A stretch of 64,000 nt of DNA. Source: Mytilus californianus. Its lineage: Eukaryota. Of this stretch, positions 50,569 through 64,000 are shown piece after piece. The position numbers were made by a program, and so were the translations under genes. The notes beneath the pieces were generated by a model. The model was not told where the DNA came from. It was given only the letters and a program-made list of their open reading frames with translations, and did not search any database. Location of the stretch: assembly GCF_021869535.1 (NCBI RefSeq), contig NW_026262701.1, forward strand, positions 104,594,001 to 104,658,000, given 5' to 3'. Position 1 is the first letter of the stretch, and every line of letters starts with the position of its first letter.

Positions 50569-51454
50569 ATAGTAAATCTACTTATCGAGACTAAAAACGG
50601 GGGAACAATAAATTTCAAATACCACTTTAACCCCCACAACATTTTTACGTGCCAGACCCAAGCCAGGAACTTCGCTAGATAGGATGAGGATTGGATGTCA
50701 AACAATTTTATGTCTTTATGACTTGGGGAAATTTTTAATTTGACATATTGTACAGTCTGTATGATGTCCTTTAGTTGTTGCAATTCTGTCTAAGTTCAAC
50801 CAAATGGGCCCTGGTTATTTTTGTTGCAGTCTTTTTGATGTTTACCCAACATTCTCTTTATTTTTATTCTTGGTTACAGCTACTGGGATTGATACGAGTT
50901 AAAGCAAGGATTGTGCTTTTGTGCTTTTTTTTTATTGTGTGAATTTGATTCCGATAATCGGCTCTATTCACAATTTTTGTTCAAAGAGTGAACAGCTGGC
51001 AAGTCATTTACATTTCAATATTCAATATACGATTACTTTCGATAATATATGATTGTTTGTGTAAACAGTCGATGGGTTTCTAAGGTGTAAATAACAAATT
51101 CGACCCTATCAGAAATACATGTATAAGCTGCATTTGATCGTATTTGGAAAGCGGTCTTCAGACAGTAGTAACGTTATAAGATATGTACGTAAACATTTGT
51201 GTTTTTCGCGTAAAATCCTAGATTGCAAGGTCTTGGAAAAGTGTTTCACAAAGACCCGATTGGAAATAAATCATGGCTTGATGTTTGCTTAACACCCATT
51301 AGCAAATATTTCATGCATGTACAAGACGACGGAAATACTGTGACATGGAAACACTCATGATAGTTTGACTCTGAAATGTCTCGCCTGATATACTGAGTGT
51401 AATCAAATTAATTTTATTTAAATCTTTGAGATCAAAGTTTTAACTACACAACGT

Positions 51455-52350
51455 AAAATTGAGAATGGAAATGGGGAATGTGTCAAAGAGACAACAACAC
51501 GACCATAGAGCAGACAACAGCCGAAGGCCACCAATGGGTCTTCAATGCAGCGAGAAACTCCCGCACCCGGAGGCGTCCTTCAGCTGGCCCCTAAACAAAT
51601 ATGTATACTAGTTCAGTGATAATGGACGTCATACTAAACTCCAAATTATACACAAGAAACTAAAATTAAAAATGATACAAGACTAACAAAGGCCAGAGGC
51701 TCCTGACTTGGGACAGGCGCAAAAATGCGGCGGGGTTAAACATGTTTTTTGAGATCTCAACCCTCCCCCTATACCTCTAGCCAATGTAGAAAAAACAAAC
51801 GCACAACAGTACGCACAGTAAAACTCAGTTTAAGAGAAGTCCGAGTCCGATGTCAGAATAGGAAACAAAAGAAAATAAACAAAATGACAATAATACATAA
51901 ATAACAAAAGACTACTAGCAGTTACTGACATGCCAGCTCCAGACCTCAATTAAACTGATTGAAAGATTATGTCTTCATCATATGAATATCAGGCACAATC
52001 CCTCCTGTTAGGGGTTTAGTATTATACCATCATAAAATATGAGAAAAACATAACCCGTGTCATGCCAACAATTGGTTTTAGAATAAATATGTTTAATTCC
52101 GATGCAAAGACCCTATACGTGAATCAATATTAAAGCCAAAATATGCAATCTTTAATGACCTGACAACAGTATCTTAACTATATCCCTTCTTAATAAGTCT
52201 GTTTAAAGGTTTTGTTAGCCTTTGAGGTGAATACTGACATTTTTGTGCTTTGTAAAGAATATTACCATAAAAGATTGGATGTGAAATACCCGAACGTATA
52301 AGATGTCTGCATGTTGAGTTATATTTACGAATGATGTCCTTATACCGATG
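51455..52350 (-). mobile_element. Retroposon family P: ORF C-terminal remnant plus 3' tail; a short tail copy lies at 63437-63489
   Basis: Minus-strand frame HRYKDIIRKYNSTCRHLIRSGISHPIFYGNILYKAQKCQYSPQRLTKPLNRLIKKGYS*DTVVRSLKIAYFGFNIDSRIGSLHRN* (stop at 52093-52095), followed by about 640 bp ending in CCCCATTTCCATTCTCAATTTT. Confidence 0.7.
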
Positions 52351-53756
52351 TGTAATTCGTTTTTTATAGTTTCATTCAATTTACCATGCAATATCTTTTC
52401 ATTTCGTATGAAGCTATCGCTATACAAAGGTTAACGGGTTCTTTAGTAAATTCACGAATTAAACCTAATTTTTGAATACATCTTTATTTCCATAGCATGC
52501 TATTGCACTATAAACATGCATGACTTGCTGGAAGAAAGACAGCAAATGGTATTCATAGAGGAGCCGTGTGAGACTCTAATAACAGGTTACATCATTAGTT
52601 TGTATGGTTTGCTCATTATCAGATTAAGACTTTGATTGGCTTGCTTGCTTTGTTTGTATAAACGTTTGCTCAAGCATTGTAATGAAGATTGACGCCTGCA
52701 AACAATATAGATTGGGCGGAGTTAAACTTTGTTAACATTGTCTTGTAATGTTTACATGTACAATTGGGTGTTCTTAACCTCCAGGATAACATCCAATCAA
52801 ATGTAAGTATAATGTATACAGGTTTAACTCCGTCTATTTTATACTGTTTGCAGATGTCAATCTTTATTACAATGCTTGAGCAAACATTAATACAAACCAA
52901 GCAAGCACGCCAACCAAATTCTTAATCTACAAGCATTAGGAAATTAGCTCTAATTACCTCCCAAACTTTATATCATCAAAATTTGCGCGACAATGCAGAT
53001 TATTGCGTTACATACCACCAAATAACTTGTCAGTTAAGTTTGAAAGAATGACAAGAGAAGGATAGAAAATCCTAATATTCATTTTCGATTTTGCTAGGAC
53101 TTATTTAATATAACTGTAGAAAATGTGTCTTCTAATCCCCAACTTCCTCTCCTGGATGTGCAATTTTTATGTGTGAGAAGCACTCAATAGTGGACAAACT
53201 TGTTCCACACTGAAATTAATTCTGAAAACTTGTGTGATATTATGTATGAGTCAGCATTTTCAGTAATACTAATATGTGTTTCGCCTCGAGACTGGAATCC
53301 GTTGTTTAAACGAAAACAGCCAGGTTTTTTTTACCGATTACATATATATTCCGTAGTGTGACATCTTTGACACAACACTACATTGGAAATGATATAGTAA
53401 ATTAGAACATTTCATAATAAATAATATTTACCTCAGAACATGGCCTGATTGCAGCAAGCACAAATCCCGAAATATTGTTTTATGGAAAAAGAGTTTAGAT
53501 TCCAGTCTAATTTTGTTAATATTTACACAACTTGGCCCAAACTTCGGAATTCTTCCTCTATATTTGCCAATGTTGCTGTACACATAATTCAAGAGGTTTG
53601 CAAGTATGATTCCTAGTTATATATATTCAAAAACAGATGATTACCGCCACTTTTCTTCCCATAGGCCAGACAATAGAAACTGGAGTGAGCAGCAAATTTT
53701 GAATTATTTAGTGAGAGAACATCTATATAGCGGAAAGTGAAGTTAAAAGGATACTG

Positions 53757-54050
53757 CTAACTTCTTTTCTTCTGCATAAGAAGTTCCTGTATGAAGTCAG
53801 CATCATATGAATAAAGGGACAAGTCGACAAGAAGAGGAGCACAGTTGGTTCCCATGGGAATGCCGATTGTTTGTTGAAAAACACGTCCTCCAAACGTAAA
53901 AAAATATGTTGTCATCAAGAAATTAAGCATCTTGATAATGTCAGTTTCAGAAATTTTTTGTTTGTTTGAATCAGAGTGATTTTGTACAAAGTACGATCTA
54001 TCCCTCACTAAGACAAGATACTTGTATCTACGTTGGCCATTCGGGTCAAG
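53757..54050 (-). pseudogene. Penelope-like RT fragment
   Basis: SETDIIKMLNF...FGGRVFQQTIGIPMGTNCAPLLVDLSLYSY contains the QxxGxPMG RT motif. Truncated before the YxDD motif. Confidence 0.75.
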
Positions 54051-54129
54051 TAGGATAAACGGTGCTGTAGTTCCATCGGAAGAACAGAGGAGTAAATCGG
54101 TTTAACTTAAGAAGTAAATCGGTTTATAT

Positions 54130-54870
54130 GTACATAAGTTGACAGACTAACATGTCGACAGGTTGACACTAGAAAGGTTGACAAGTGTAAAAGTCGACAT
54201 GTTGACAAGTGTTAAGGTCGACAAGTAAATGGACAGGTCGACAAGTGTATATATCGACATGTTGACAAGTGTAAAGGTTAACAGGTTGACAGGTTTAATT
54301 TTACAATTAAACAAGTAAATAGGTTTAAAAATATACGAAATTAATAAGTTGACAATCTGATAAAAATAAACTGCTTACTATTGCGTTGTTTTCTTTTGGA
54401 ATAATATTTATTTGAAACTCGTTCTGAACCTGCATGGAATATCTGTCATTTAGCAAACAAATTTATGCCGAATTTAGCGCCATAGGCTATCTAATAGCTG
54501 TTTGTTTTGTACATTAGCCATTGACCATTAACTATTTATTTGAATACAAAACTAAATTGTAATTAAGTAAAATAAAATTAACTTCAGTTTTTTAACCTTT
54601 GTATTAAGTCTTGACTTATTACTGTCTACTTGTCGACCTGTCAACTGTCAACCTGTTAACCATTATTAGTTTTCATTTCTCACCGTCAAATTGTCAACCT
54701 GTCGACTTGTCAACCATAACTTCAATTTTAACTATATTAAATTGTCAACTTGTCAACCTGTCAACATGTCGACCAGTCAACCATAAAAATATTTTCATTT
54801 TTAACATTGTCAACCATTCAACCATAAAAATATTTACATTTTTAACACAATGTCAACCTGTCTACCAGTC
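54130..54870. repeat. Inverted pair of GTYRAC-motif arrays (foldback-like)
   Basis: The left array (54137-54345) reads GTTGACA/GTCGACA. The right array (54611-54865) reads TGTCAAC/TGTCGAC. An AT-rich spacer of about 270 bp separates them. Confidence 0.7.
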
Positions 54871-56045
54871 ATTTATTTTTTTTCATTGTATAATTAAATA
54901 CCTTTATTGCCCATGAATACATACGCGTATAAATTTATTTTAAAAGCCGGAACTATAGTACCGTATATCCTACTATTTTTATATGAAACAAAGCAGGACC
55001 AACTCTTTCAATTTGTCTTTTAGTTTGGTATTGGGAATACTTGTGTAAAGTCAAATGTTTTAATACTATTGCTAATGAAAGAGTCTTAGATTGTATGTAC
55101 TCTAAAAGACCTTTGGAATTTTGTAGTATCCACATCTGATTTACACCACCTATAGAATAGGTAGTTTCACAATTACTTTGAAGCCCGGCTTTGATTGCTA
55201 ATACAATTGATATTCATAATTTAAAAACAGGTTTCATGAAGTGGATTTAAAGTTTTGTAGGATTGTAAATATGCTTTGTTTTAACACCTAGCACTTTCAT
55301 AATTTTACTATGGTTTTCTACAGCAGTTGGTAAAAATTTTTGACCAGTTGATAAATTTGGTTTGATCAAACAAATTGCAATTTGGTAAGAATTTTGAATG
55401 AACTGCATTAGGTGAAAAGCAACAATTACCGTCAAGTCACTGTAATATAACAAAGATGTTTACCTAATTTACTATCAATAGTAATTAAGTGGTCCTGCAT
55501 AATGGTGGTGAGGGTCATTAACCACAATTCGTACTGGGGATCATAAATTTATCATTTACTCACAGTGGTAGCAACATACTGGCTCTAAAGAAAATTTTCA
55601 AAGATTTTTTTTTAATTCATTTTACCTCAATGTTGTATTTATAGAAAAAGTTGCCATGTCAATTGTTTGTCAGATAACTTAAATTATTTTATTTTTCATT
55701 ACCACTTTACCAGTACTATGTGCAATAATTATTTAAGTTATTATGCAATTACTAGTGAACCTTACTCAAATTAGGGCTTCTCCATCAAAACATACCCCAT
55801 TTGACTAGTTAACAGATAAATTTTGCACTTCTTGTCCTTGCACACATAAATTTTTTCCTTGCGCTATATATATGGTTAATGCATGATAGATTTTTTCCCA
55901 CTCCTAACATTGTCTTGACGGTGGTCCCCTTTTCAAAATCCTGGATCAGCACATGAAAATGTTCCATACAAATAATGCTATCAAAATTAAAAATGTTAGT
56001 ATTTTTGTGTGCAAAACCTGTCCTGTAACAATTTTGCAATAACTC

Positions 56046-57337
56046 AATAAAATGCTCCGCTGGGCACAGCTTGATACGACCGCAGAGGTCGAACCCTGAA
56101 CAGTTGGGGCAAGTATGGACACAACATTCAAGCTTGATACAGCACTGAATTTGGATTGTGATTAAATATTTGACACAGCATAGGTTTCTGACACAGAATG
56201 AATGTGATCTTAAGAACTTTAAAATTTTTAAGTTACCTATTCAAACCATATCATTATTATTTGCTTTTATATATAGATCAGAAATAACCAATGTAAAATG
56301 GAAAATTTTAAAGAAAAAAAAAGGAAAAAAGGAAAAAAAAATCCCCCCAATTTGTTGAACCCCCTTATGATTCATCACCCCCAAACTCAATCCCAGCCTT
56401 CCCTTTGTGGTATGGTACCTTGCAGTACAATTTCAGAGAGATCCATACACTTGAACACAAGTTATTGTCTGGAAACTAAAAAAATGCTCGTTTTTTTTCC
56501 CCTTTTTGGCCCCAAATTCCTTAACGTTAAGGGCAATTACCACCAAACTCAAACCCAGCTTTCCCTGTGTGATATAGAACCTTGTAGTACAGTTTCATAA
56601 AGATCCATACACTTACACACAAGTTATTGTCCTGAAACTAGAAAAATGCTCGTTTTTTGTCCCTTTTTGGCCCCTAATTCCTAAAATTTTGAGGAAATTA
56701 CCCCCAAAATCAATCCCAGCCTTCCCTTTGTGGTATGGTATCTTGCAGTACAATTTCAGAGAGATCCATGCACTTGAACACAAGTTATTGTCTGGAAACT
56801 AGAAAAATGTTTTTTTTTTGCCCCTTATTCCTTAATGTTTTGGGCAATTACCCCCAAACTCAATTCCAGCTTTACCTTTGTGATATGGAACCTTGTAGTA
56901 CAATTTCAGAAAGATCCATACACTTACACACAAGGTATTGTCATGAAACTAGAAAAATGCTTGTTTTTTGCCACTTTTTTTGCCCCTAATTCCTAAAATT
57001 TGGAGGCAATTACCCCCAAAATCAATCCCAGCATTCCCTTAGTGATATGGAACATTGTGGTACAATGTCAGAGAGATCAATACACTAACACTCAAGTTAT
57101 GTCTGGAAGTTACAAAAATGCTTAATTTTGGCCCCTAATTCCTTAACTGTTGGTACCATAACCCCCAAAATCAATCCCAACCTTCCTTTTGTGGTATTGA
57201 ACCTTATGGTAAAATTTCATATAGATCCATTCACTTAAACTAAAGTAAGAGTGCGAAAACCAATGTGTCTTCGGACGCCAACGACGACGCCAACGTCATA
57301 CCAATATACGACCGCAAAATTTTTTTGCGGTCGTATA
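56046..57337 (+). mobile_element. HINE-like family B copy, about 1.3 kb, lacking the first two internal arrays
   Basis: Same 5' end and 3' hairpin as 15899-18350. Carries only the about 160-bp array (about 5 monomers). Confidence 0.8.
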
Positions 57338-57948
57338 GAAATTGCAAAATATCTGGATTTAGTATTTTTCTCTCATGCTTATCCTTACAAAGTCAGGTAG
57401 TCTACAAATACCTTATATGCATCTCTCAAATATTTGTTACTGTTGCAACTTGATTTGGTCTTTTATTACAAATGCAGAAATATATATGTGCTAACAGTTG
57501 CTTTAACATCCATATTTTTGTTTACTCAATTTCTTAATTATACGTTTTAACTAAAAGAATTTTTTTTATCTGTACATAGGTTACCTTTCTATATTATTAG
57601 AAACTTTTTTTAAAGACCTTCATATGTTACAATCTTAATTTAAATCCAATCGCAACAATAAAACAATTTATATTCAATTATCACTTATATAATAGCCTTA
57701 TTCAGAAAAAAAAAACATGCCTTTATCACACTATCCTATGTCCATGTTCAGTAGATGCATAGACCATGTAGACCAGAAAACATAATGTCGCTCTACTACA
57801 TGTATCATAGACGGAACATAATTAAAAAGATTTCATTTATTATCTGGTGTTGGTAAGGTTATAGTAAATAACAAATATAAGGGTTTGCACTCATGTCTTT
57901 AAAATAATATAAATGCTGTTAATAATAATCTTATTTTATTAAAAATTG

Positions 57949-60061
57949 TCAAGAAAACCATTTTCCAGATTCATTTTCTATTTTGGATTGAACAGAGTCC
58001 CTGAATTCTTCATCTACGTATTTCATGCCTCGACACCTTTTTCCAGTAACAGGATCTCTGATTTCTCCCGTTTTAAACACATGTTCATGCACTTGATGAG
58101 TAATTGTTGGACTAGCTCTTTCTTCAAGTTCTTGTATTTTAACTATATCCCCAACTTTACTTTGTGTTTCTGGAGTTTCTGCTGCCCAAAACTGGTCAGG
58201 ATGATTAAAATACTGGAAAGAACAAAAAAAAAAATATAAATTTATATTTGACTGAAAAAAAATCACATGTTCATGTTTAGGAGACAACCATTTAGTTTTC
58301 TTCCCAAGACAGGATAAAATTTATTATTCTTCTCAACAAAATGCAGCAAAAAATTGTGTACAAAAGTGAAAATACATTTTGGTACGTCTTTGCCTCACTA
58401 AATAAGCCAGCCATCTTAGCAACTGGAGATGTTGGGATATGACAATAACGAAAGATATTGTCGGTAGGTCAGCAAAACTCAATATTTTTTTATGGGCAAA
58501 CCTGTAAATTATCCGGTTCAAGAATGAAATCAGGATTTACCTATACTACTGGTTACAAGACATTTGTTGAAGTTATTTTTGTCAGTCAGATATTTTTTAA
58601 CTCGGTTTTACATAATACTTGTTGACTATATTCAGCTTTGTAGTGGTTGAACAAAAAGAAACTTGATGTCTAGAAAACTACTGGTGAAAATATAATTTGC
58701 ACAATTTTTAGTGGAAAAAGTTAGGGTTAGCTCTGTCTAAAAAAATAGGGTTAGACAGGGATTGAAGTTAAAATTTTGGCATGGTAGCCCACAACTTAAA
58801 TTTTGTAGCCAATGTATATATATAATGTAGTTCTATACAAGAAAAGCAGAAATTTTAGGGGCCATTGGCAAGTGGGCACTTGCTAATTTCAAACCCTGTT
58901 AGACAGTGCATTGTTAACAAACACATTTTTTCTTCAGCCTTAGCATGCATGAATAGATTGAGATCTATACACTGACATTGAAGCTCACAAGTAAGTTAGT
59001 CTGAAGACATTTCACCTACTCAAAATCATTTTTCAGAAACATGTAGCCAGCTGACCATTTATTGCTCCTTCTACTAAATGCCAAATGCCATGTGCTTGAC
59101 AGAAAAGCAGCAAATACCAATTTTAGTCTTCGGTAAGCCTAGGGATAGTACACAAACTTCCACACAGAACTTGAGTGGAGCCCCTTACTACAAGATAGTC
59201 CTCAATCCGTTTGGCTTCAATATGCTTCCAAAGGTATCATGAATGGTAGAAGGATCGACTTGGATCTATACACTATGGCCCTGAAAAACCAACAACATTG
59301 TTGCGATATAACATGTTACTTTTTTGTAGAACTCTTTTGTTCTTTTCTGTGTTCTTCCTAAAATATTATGACAGCATACATACATGTAGGAGCATATATA
59401 TGATCAATAGTCTGCAACTTTTGAATTTGTGCACTTTCCCATAAATTTCCTACATCACCACATAAACAATGCTTATGTTATTACCTCATAGTAAGAACTG
59501 ACTATTCGATGACGTCATTTACCCTGATTGACTTCGGATCAAACGGTGTAAATCATTCATAAAAAACCAACTTGAGATGGGTGTATTTTTTGCAAATTTG
59601 TATATCAGATTACCCAAAGTATGACGATAAGTAAACAAACATGCAGAATCCGTAATTTGAGTTACTTTACTGGTCTGCCATTAAGAAGGGGTAAATAGTG
59701 ATTATCATATTTGACTACCAAATCGAAAACATGCACTACTTACAAACAAGTCCGATAAGAGATCCTTACTAGATCAAAGTAATGGATCAATTAAGGTTAA
59801 AAGAAATTAAAATTGTTCAAAATCAACTTTTTCTACAGTCTAGCGGTCAGTATAACAAGATGAATGTGGCTGATTTATGTCTTATGAAGTAATTTCTGCA
59901 CATTGTCATTGATCTCCAACATTACCCCAAAAAATATTTACCATTAACAGATATTTATCTAGGACCATTTTTGGTACTCGGACTTGAACTGAGGGTATCC
60001 TTTCTGAACCCTTTGCAACTACTTGACCAACCAAGAATTTCCTAATGTTCGATGATGCCAT
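57949..60061 (-). CDS. MRPS17: Mitochondrial small ribosomal subunit protein uS17m, 127 aa, 2 coding exons
   Basis: Exons (minus): 59942-60061 (MASSNIRKFLVGQVVAKGSERIPSVQVRVPKMVLDKYLLM) and 57949-58212 (YFNHPDQFWAAETPETQSKVGDIV...VFKTGEIRDPVTGKRCRG...). GT-AG, phase 0. VGDIV and DPVTGK.C.G are recalled MRPS17 motifs. The start codon and the extreme C-terminus are slightly less certain. Confidence 0.9.
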
Positions 60062-62267
60062 TATTTGATTTTCAAAGTCACCACATTTTTTATTTATTTT
60101 TATTTTGAGTCAATGTTACTTGCATGCTTAATTTCTATTTATATCATACCGTATTCTTAAACGTTCATGTGATCAATCAAAGTTACCTTAGTCAGATACG
60201 GAATAGACACAACTTATTCCCGTAAAGTTATTTTGTCCGTCCGTAAAACCATCTAACCTAGTTTTAATACATCCGGTTGGCTAATCCACGTAAATACATA
60301 GATTACTAGCCTGGCAACACCTTCGTTTTAGTGTTTTGTTCTAAAAAAAAGGCGAAATTAACATAAATATCACCATGAGGTCTTAATGACTGGCTTTCGC
60401 CGCTCGCACAGCTAGTATACAACTGAAACTAATGTTAAAGAGTTAAACTTCCGTATGTCTGTTGGGCTTATTAATGGATAATTGTATGGCTTCGTTTGGT
60501 AAGTGACACTGAGACTTCTATAACGTTATAGTGGTAAGCGAATAACAGGTCATCGACGGTAAGAAAAAACTTGAAATCCGGGCATAGCTAGGTCAATGCC
60601 ATGCAATCCTACAAGACGCCCATTTAGGTTTAATTGACAGACGACGGTAGCAGCCAAAACTGAACAGTAAGACAAGTACTGGTGTCGACAGTCTTCTATT
60701 CAAGCACTGATGAATGGACAGATGCTTTGGGACCTTATTGTTCAAGTTCTAGCTGCAACTTTCACATCTGCAAGTTTTAAAGAGGCTGAGTGGTTTTTAA
60801 GGGGCATTCGTAATTAGGCGTCAAACCCATTGGCATGTTCACCGTTTTGACCCAAATTCTCATAGTATGTGATTTATATCTACTAAAACGTATATCCAAA
60901 TTACAAAAAGTCCGAGCAAAAGAAACAACAACGCATGGGCTCGCTGCAATTAATGTATCAGCATTTCGTACGTATTTTAGATCAGACTCCATATCTAATA
61001 ATTATCCATCCAGATGATCCCGAAGACTGCCGACGATCATATACACCGATATAAACATACGTATAAATAGATAGCGAGCACGTGCAATCATATTTTTCTA
61101 GGTCTGTTTGATTTTTTGTTACATGTAAAAATATATGTAAATCATCGGTTTACCTGTATAAGGATGATTTTTTTGTGGGCCGGATCAGTCAAGGGAATGG
61201 TTATTTCCTTGTTTCACTTTTCAATGTTGACATACAAATGTATTTTTATTTTTAATGAATGAACATGTTGACCACAACTTGCTGAATACATGCGCAAAAA
61301 GGACAATATAAAGGTTGCATGAATACGAATTTAAATCAGGAATTATTGACTTGCAAGTCAATTATGCACCAGTGATGTTTTTTTAGCTTATTTGGACGAA
61401 ATTTATTGTACCAAACTGACTGCTTATAGCGGGATATTATTTCTTTAATCCACTTTATAAATGTTTGCAACAACAAAAATCGTAGTTTATTTTTGTTCAA
61501 ATTCGTAGCTAATGCCCCCTTAACAGTAGATTACAGTTAAGACTACTATGTACATCTCATATGTAGTAGTCTCAGATCATACCAAGCTTGGAACTGCTTG
61601 TAATCGTTAAATGTTTAAAAATGACATATACATTTGGCAACATTTTATTGATGTGTTTTACTGACATAGTTTAAGCCATGTAAGAACAAAACTATTGTTA
61701 AACTCCATAATATGATTACAAAAGTTGGATTTTCAAACATAATTCGGGTTTTCAATTCTTGTTTTAATTTTTAACGGAATATACTGAACTTGCTTGTTTT
61801 ACTGCTTCAACTTTGTACTGACACTGAATTTTTTAGTCCCGTTCCATGATTCAAACGAGATATCAATGCAGTCACCTACAGTGATATAGTTGTCATTGGT
61901 TGTAGAAAAGAAGTAGTAGCAGATTCGACGAATATTACGTTATCCAATTCAATACAGCAAGAGGATGGTCAAAGTTTGAGAATCTAGACACATAATATGG
62001 CAATGTTTGTACAATTATATTTTGTATACTGACTTGCACGTGCGCAACTCAGTCAGTATTAAAACAAGATCGCATTACACCGTACATAAATGAAACAAGA
62101 TTGGATCGAACTCCAACTAGAATTTCAAGCATAAATGCATTACAACATCCTTAAATAAAAATGAATTCGTCTTAGACATGAAACTTGAGCACATGCTAAC
62201 GGAATAAAGATATTGAACTTTACCAAAAAATACATCTACCCCTTTCAACGTTAGTAATTACTTATAT

Positions 62268-62595
62268 GAGGGTCTGCATGGATGGGGGATGGGGGTCTAA
62301 ATACCTGTATTCTTTTTTTTATTTTTTTATTTTTCTTTATCTTTAAAAATAACGCTTCTTCTGTAAAATTCTCATGAAAATGATTTTACTATTAATTTTG
62401 TCTGCTATTATATGATTTCTTTAGTCTGTATGATATCGTTCATTTCTGTAATCAGTATTATATTACCCAATTCTTTATTTTCAACAGTTATTCTTCATAC
62501 CGTTGGACCCCTCTCTATTCATTTTTTTGTCATTTTTCTCTTTTCATTATATTAATTGGCCATTATTCTCTATTCTGTGAACCCCATCCAGACCA
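62268..62595. mobile_element. Degenerate MITE
   Basis: Left GAGGGTCTGCATGGATGGGG and right CCCCATCCAGACC are imperfect inverted ends. Confidence 0.4.
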
Positions 62596-62775
62596 ACTTA
62601 TATGCTTGCAGTTGCAATGCGAATTTTGAAGATATAGATTTGGTAATCAAATTTACATGTACGTGATTTTGCCGCGGATTAACACAAAATTAAAAATCGA
62701 GAAAATGTGAAACCCATTAAAATTATATGAATATGTTTCCGTCAAAATGATTGTTGAACTTTACTTTTTATCTAG

Positions 62776-64000
62776 ACGAATTGAAAGTATCCAAGGATGA
62801 AAAGAATGTTAGATTTAAAGATGTGACTGTGTATTATTTCCCGAGAGAACAAGGATTTGGATGTGTACCACACGAAGGAGGTTCAACATTAGGTAAGGTA
62901 GATAACCCATCACACAGCTTTTATCATGAAACATGGGAAATTTTTATTCTAGTAAATTATACTTCGAAAGAATTTTTCATTCTTGCAATATATTATTCTA
63001 CTTTGTTCATATTTTTTTCGCATACAATGCATTAAATGTGTTATTTTTACTTCATATTTTGTTAACCCATTTCAGAGACATGCATATATAATATTATATC
63101 TCTACCTTCGTTTTGTTATAACTTTCTAATTGAATCATAATTAATTTTAATTCACAACTTCTTGAATTTAAAAGTAATTTAAAACCAAAAAAATACTGCA
63201 TATCAAAACCAATACAAGCACTGCTTTCAAAAACTAAAACTATTTAAAGTTTCAACATATAGTGTCCAAAATTTAGTATATAAACGAAATTCCAAACTCA
63301 AATTCTTATTTCACATCATCACAAGGCGGTAAAACACAATAATAAAAATCCAACAAAAAGTATTAGAACAGCTTTGGAGACAAGATCATAGAGTCTCTTG
63401 GGCGAATTTCAAACGAGTCAACGGTAAAGGAACAGGGTGGTCGGGTTGTTGTCTCTTTGACACATTCCCCATTTCCATTCTCAATTTTATATTTCATAGG
63501 TATAGATTATTTAATTGTATAACGACATGTATTTTTGTGAGGTTTGCTACCCTTCTTTTATTTATTTGCTCCTACAAAACTTTTTATACGCAGGAATGTC
63601 TTATGGCCATACTGACTTTGATACATATTCTTTGGTCGATCATGCCAAAATGAGAAAAAGGTCATACCACATGGCATTAGGAGATTCGATTGAAGCTAAT
63701 CAAAGAAGTGAAACACTTACTCAAAACGTGTCTGATGAAACAAACAAACTAGAAGAGGAAGATTGGTATTATTCTACCAAACGTTTTAAACCCGAACACA
63801 GACTGACACCTGCTCAGCGACGTTTACTTCTACGGCAATCAAGTTTAATAAACGTAGATCGAAATGAAGCGGACGATTGTAAGGAAATTCGAGATTCAAG
63901 GAGAAAAATTGGCTGTAACTGCAAGCGCATGTGCGACCCAGACACATGTTCATGTAGTGTGGCTGGTATCGAATGCTTTGTGGAGGACGGCTCATTTCCT
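62776..64000 (+). CDS. CSRNP: Cysteine/serine-rich nuclear protein (CSRNP/AXUD1 family), partial
   Basis: Exon 62776-62892 ([29 protein letters not shown]) splices in phase 1 to exon 63594-64000+ (GMSYGH...QRRLLLRQS...[39 protein letters not shown]). This matches the CSRNP conserved domain. The first coding exon is unresolved and the gene runs off the end of the window. Confidence 0.88.

Noticed and set aside
59510-59517. Perfect CRE site TGACGTCA in MRPS17 intron 1
   Set aside because: A single 8-mer is expected by chance in 64 kb.
61846-61990. Candidate first coding exon of CSRNP (FKRDINAVTYSD...QQEDG)
   Set aside because: The nearest ATG is out of frame by one base and the phase-1 donor (G|GTCAAA) is weak, so it cannot be supported without transcripts.

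Overview
This window is AT-rich eukaryotic genomic DNA from an animal. The repeat families look like those of a mytilid bivalve, which is an inference. Five spliced protein-coding genes could be rebuilt by hand using GT-AG junctions and consistent intron phase. (1) RPRD1B/CREPT-like CID protein: minus strand, 8 exons, 352 aa. (2) POLR2C/RPB3: plus strand, 8 exons, 273 aa, head-to-head with RPRD1B, with the two ATGs 328 bp apart. (3) An intact 302-aa gene with 3 coding exons, nested antisense inside POLR2C intron 4. It joins an N-terminal BC-box/SOCS-box-like motif to a NEK-like pseudokinase domain and is the most interesting item in the window. (4) MRPS17: minus strand, 2 exons. (5) A CSRNP/AXUD1-family gene: plus strand, incomplete at both ends. 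The rest is mobile and repetitive DNA: Helentron-associated-like non-autonomous elements with internal tandem arrays, Penelope-type RT relics, 5'-truncated retroposon tails, tRNA-derived SINEs, several MITEs with visible target-site duplications, and minisatellites. Most entries in the supplied ORF track are spurious or repeat-derived. Repeat boundaries are approximate (about 10-20 bp). Exon boundaries were counted base by base. No database searches were run, so family assignments rest on recalled motifs.
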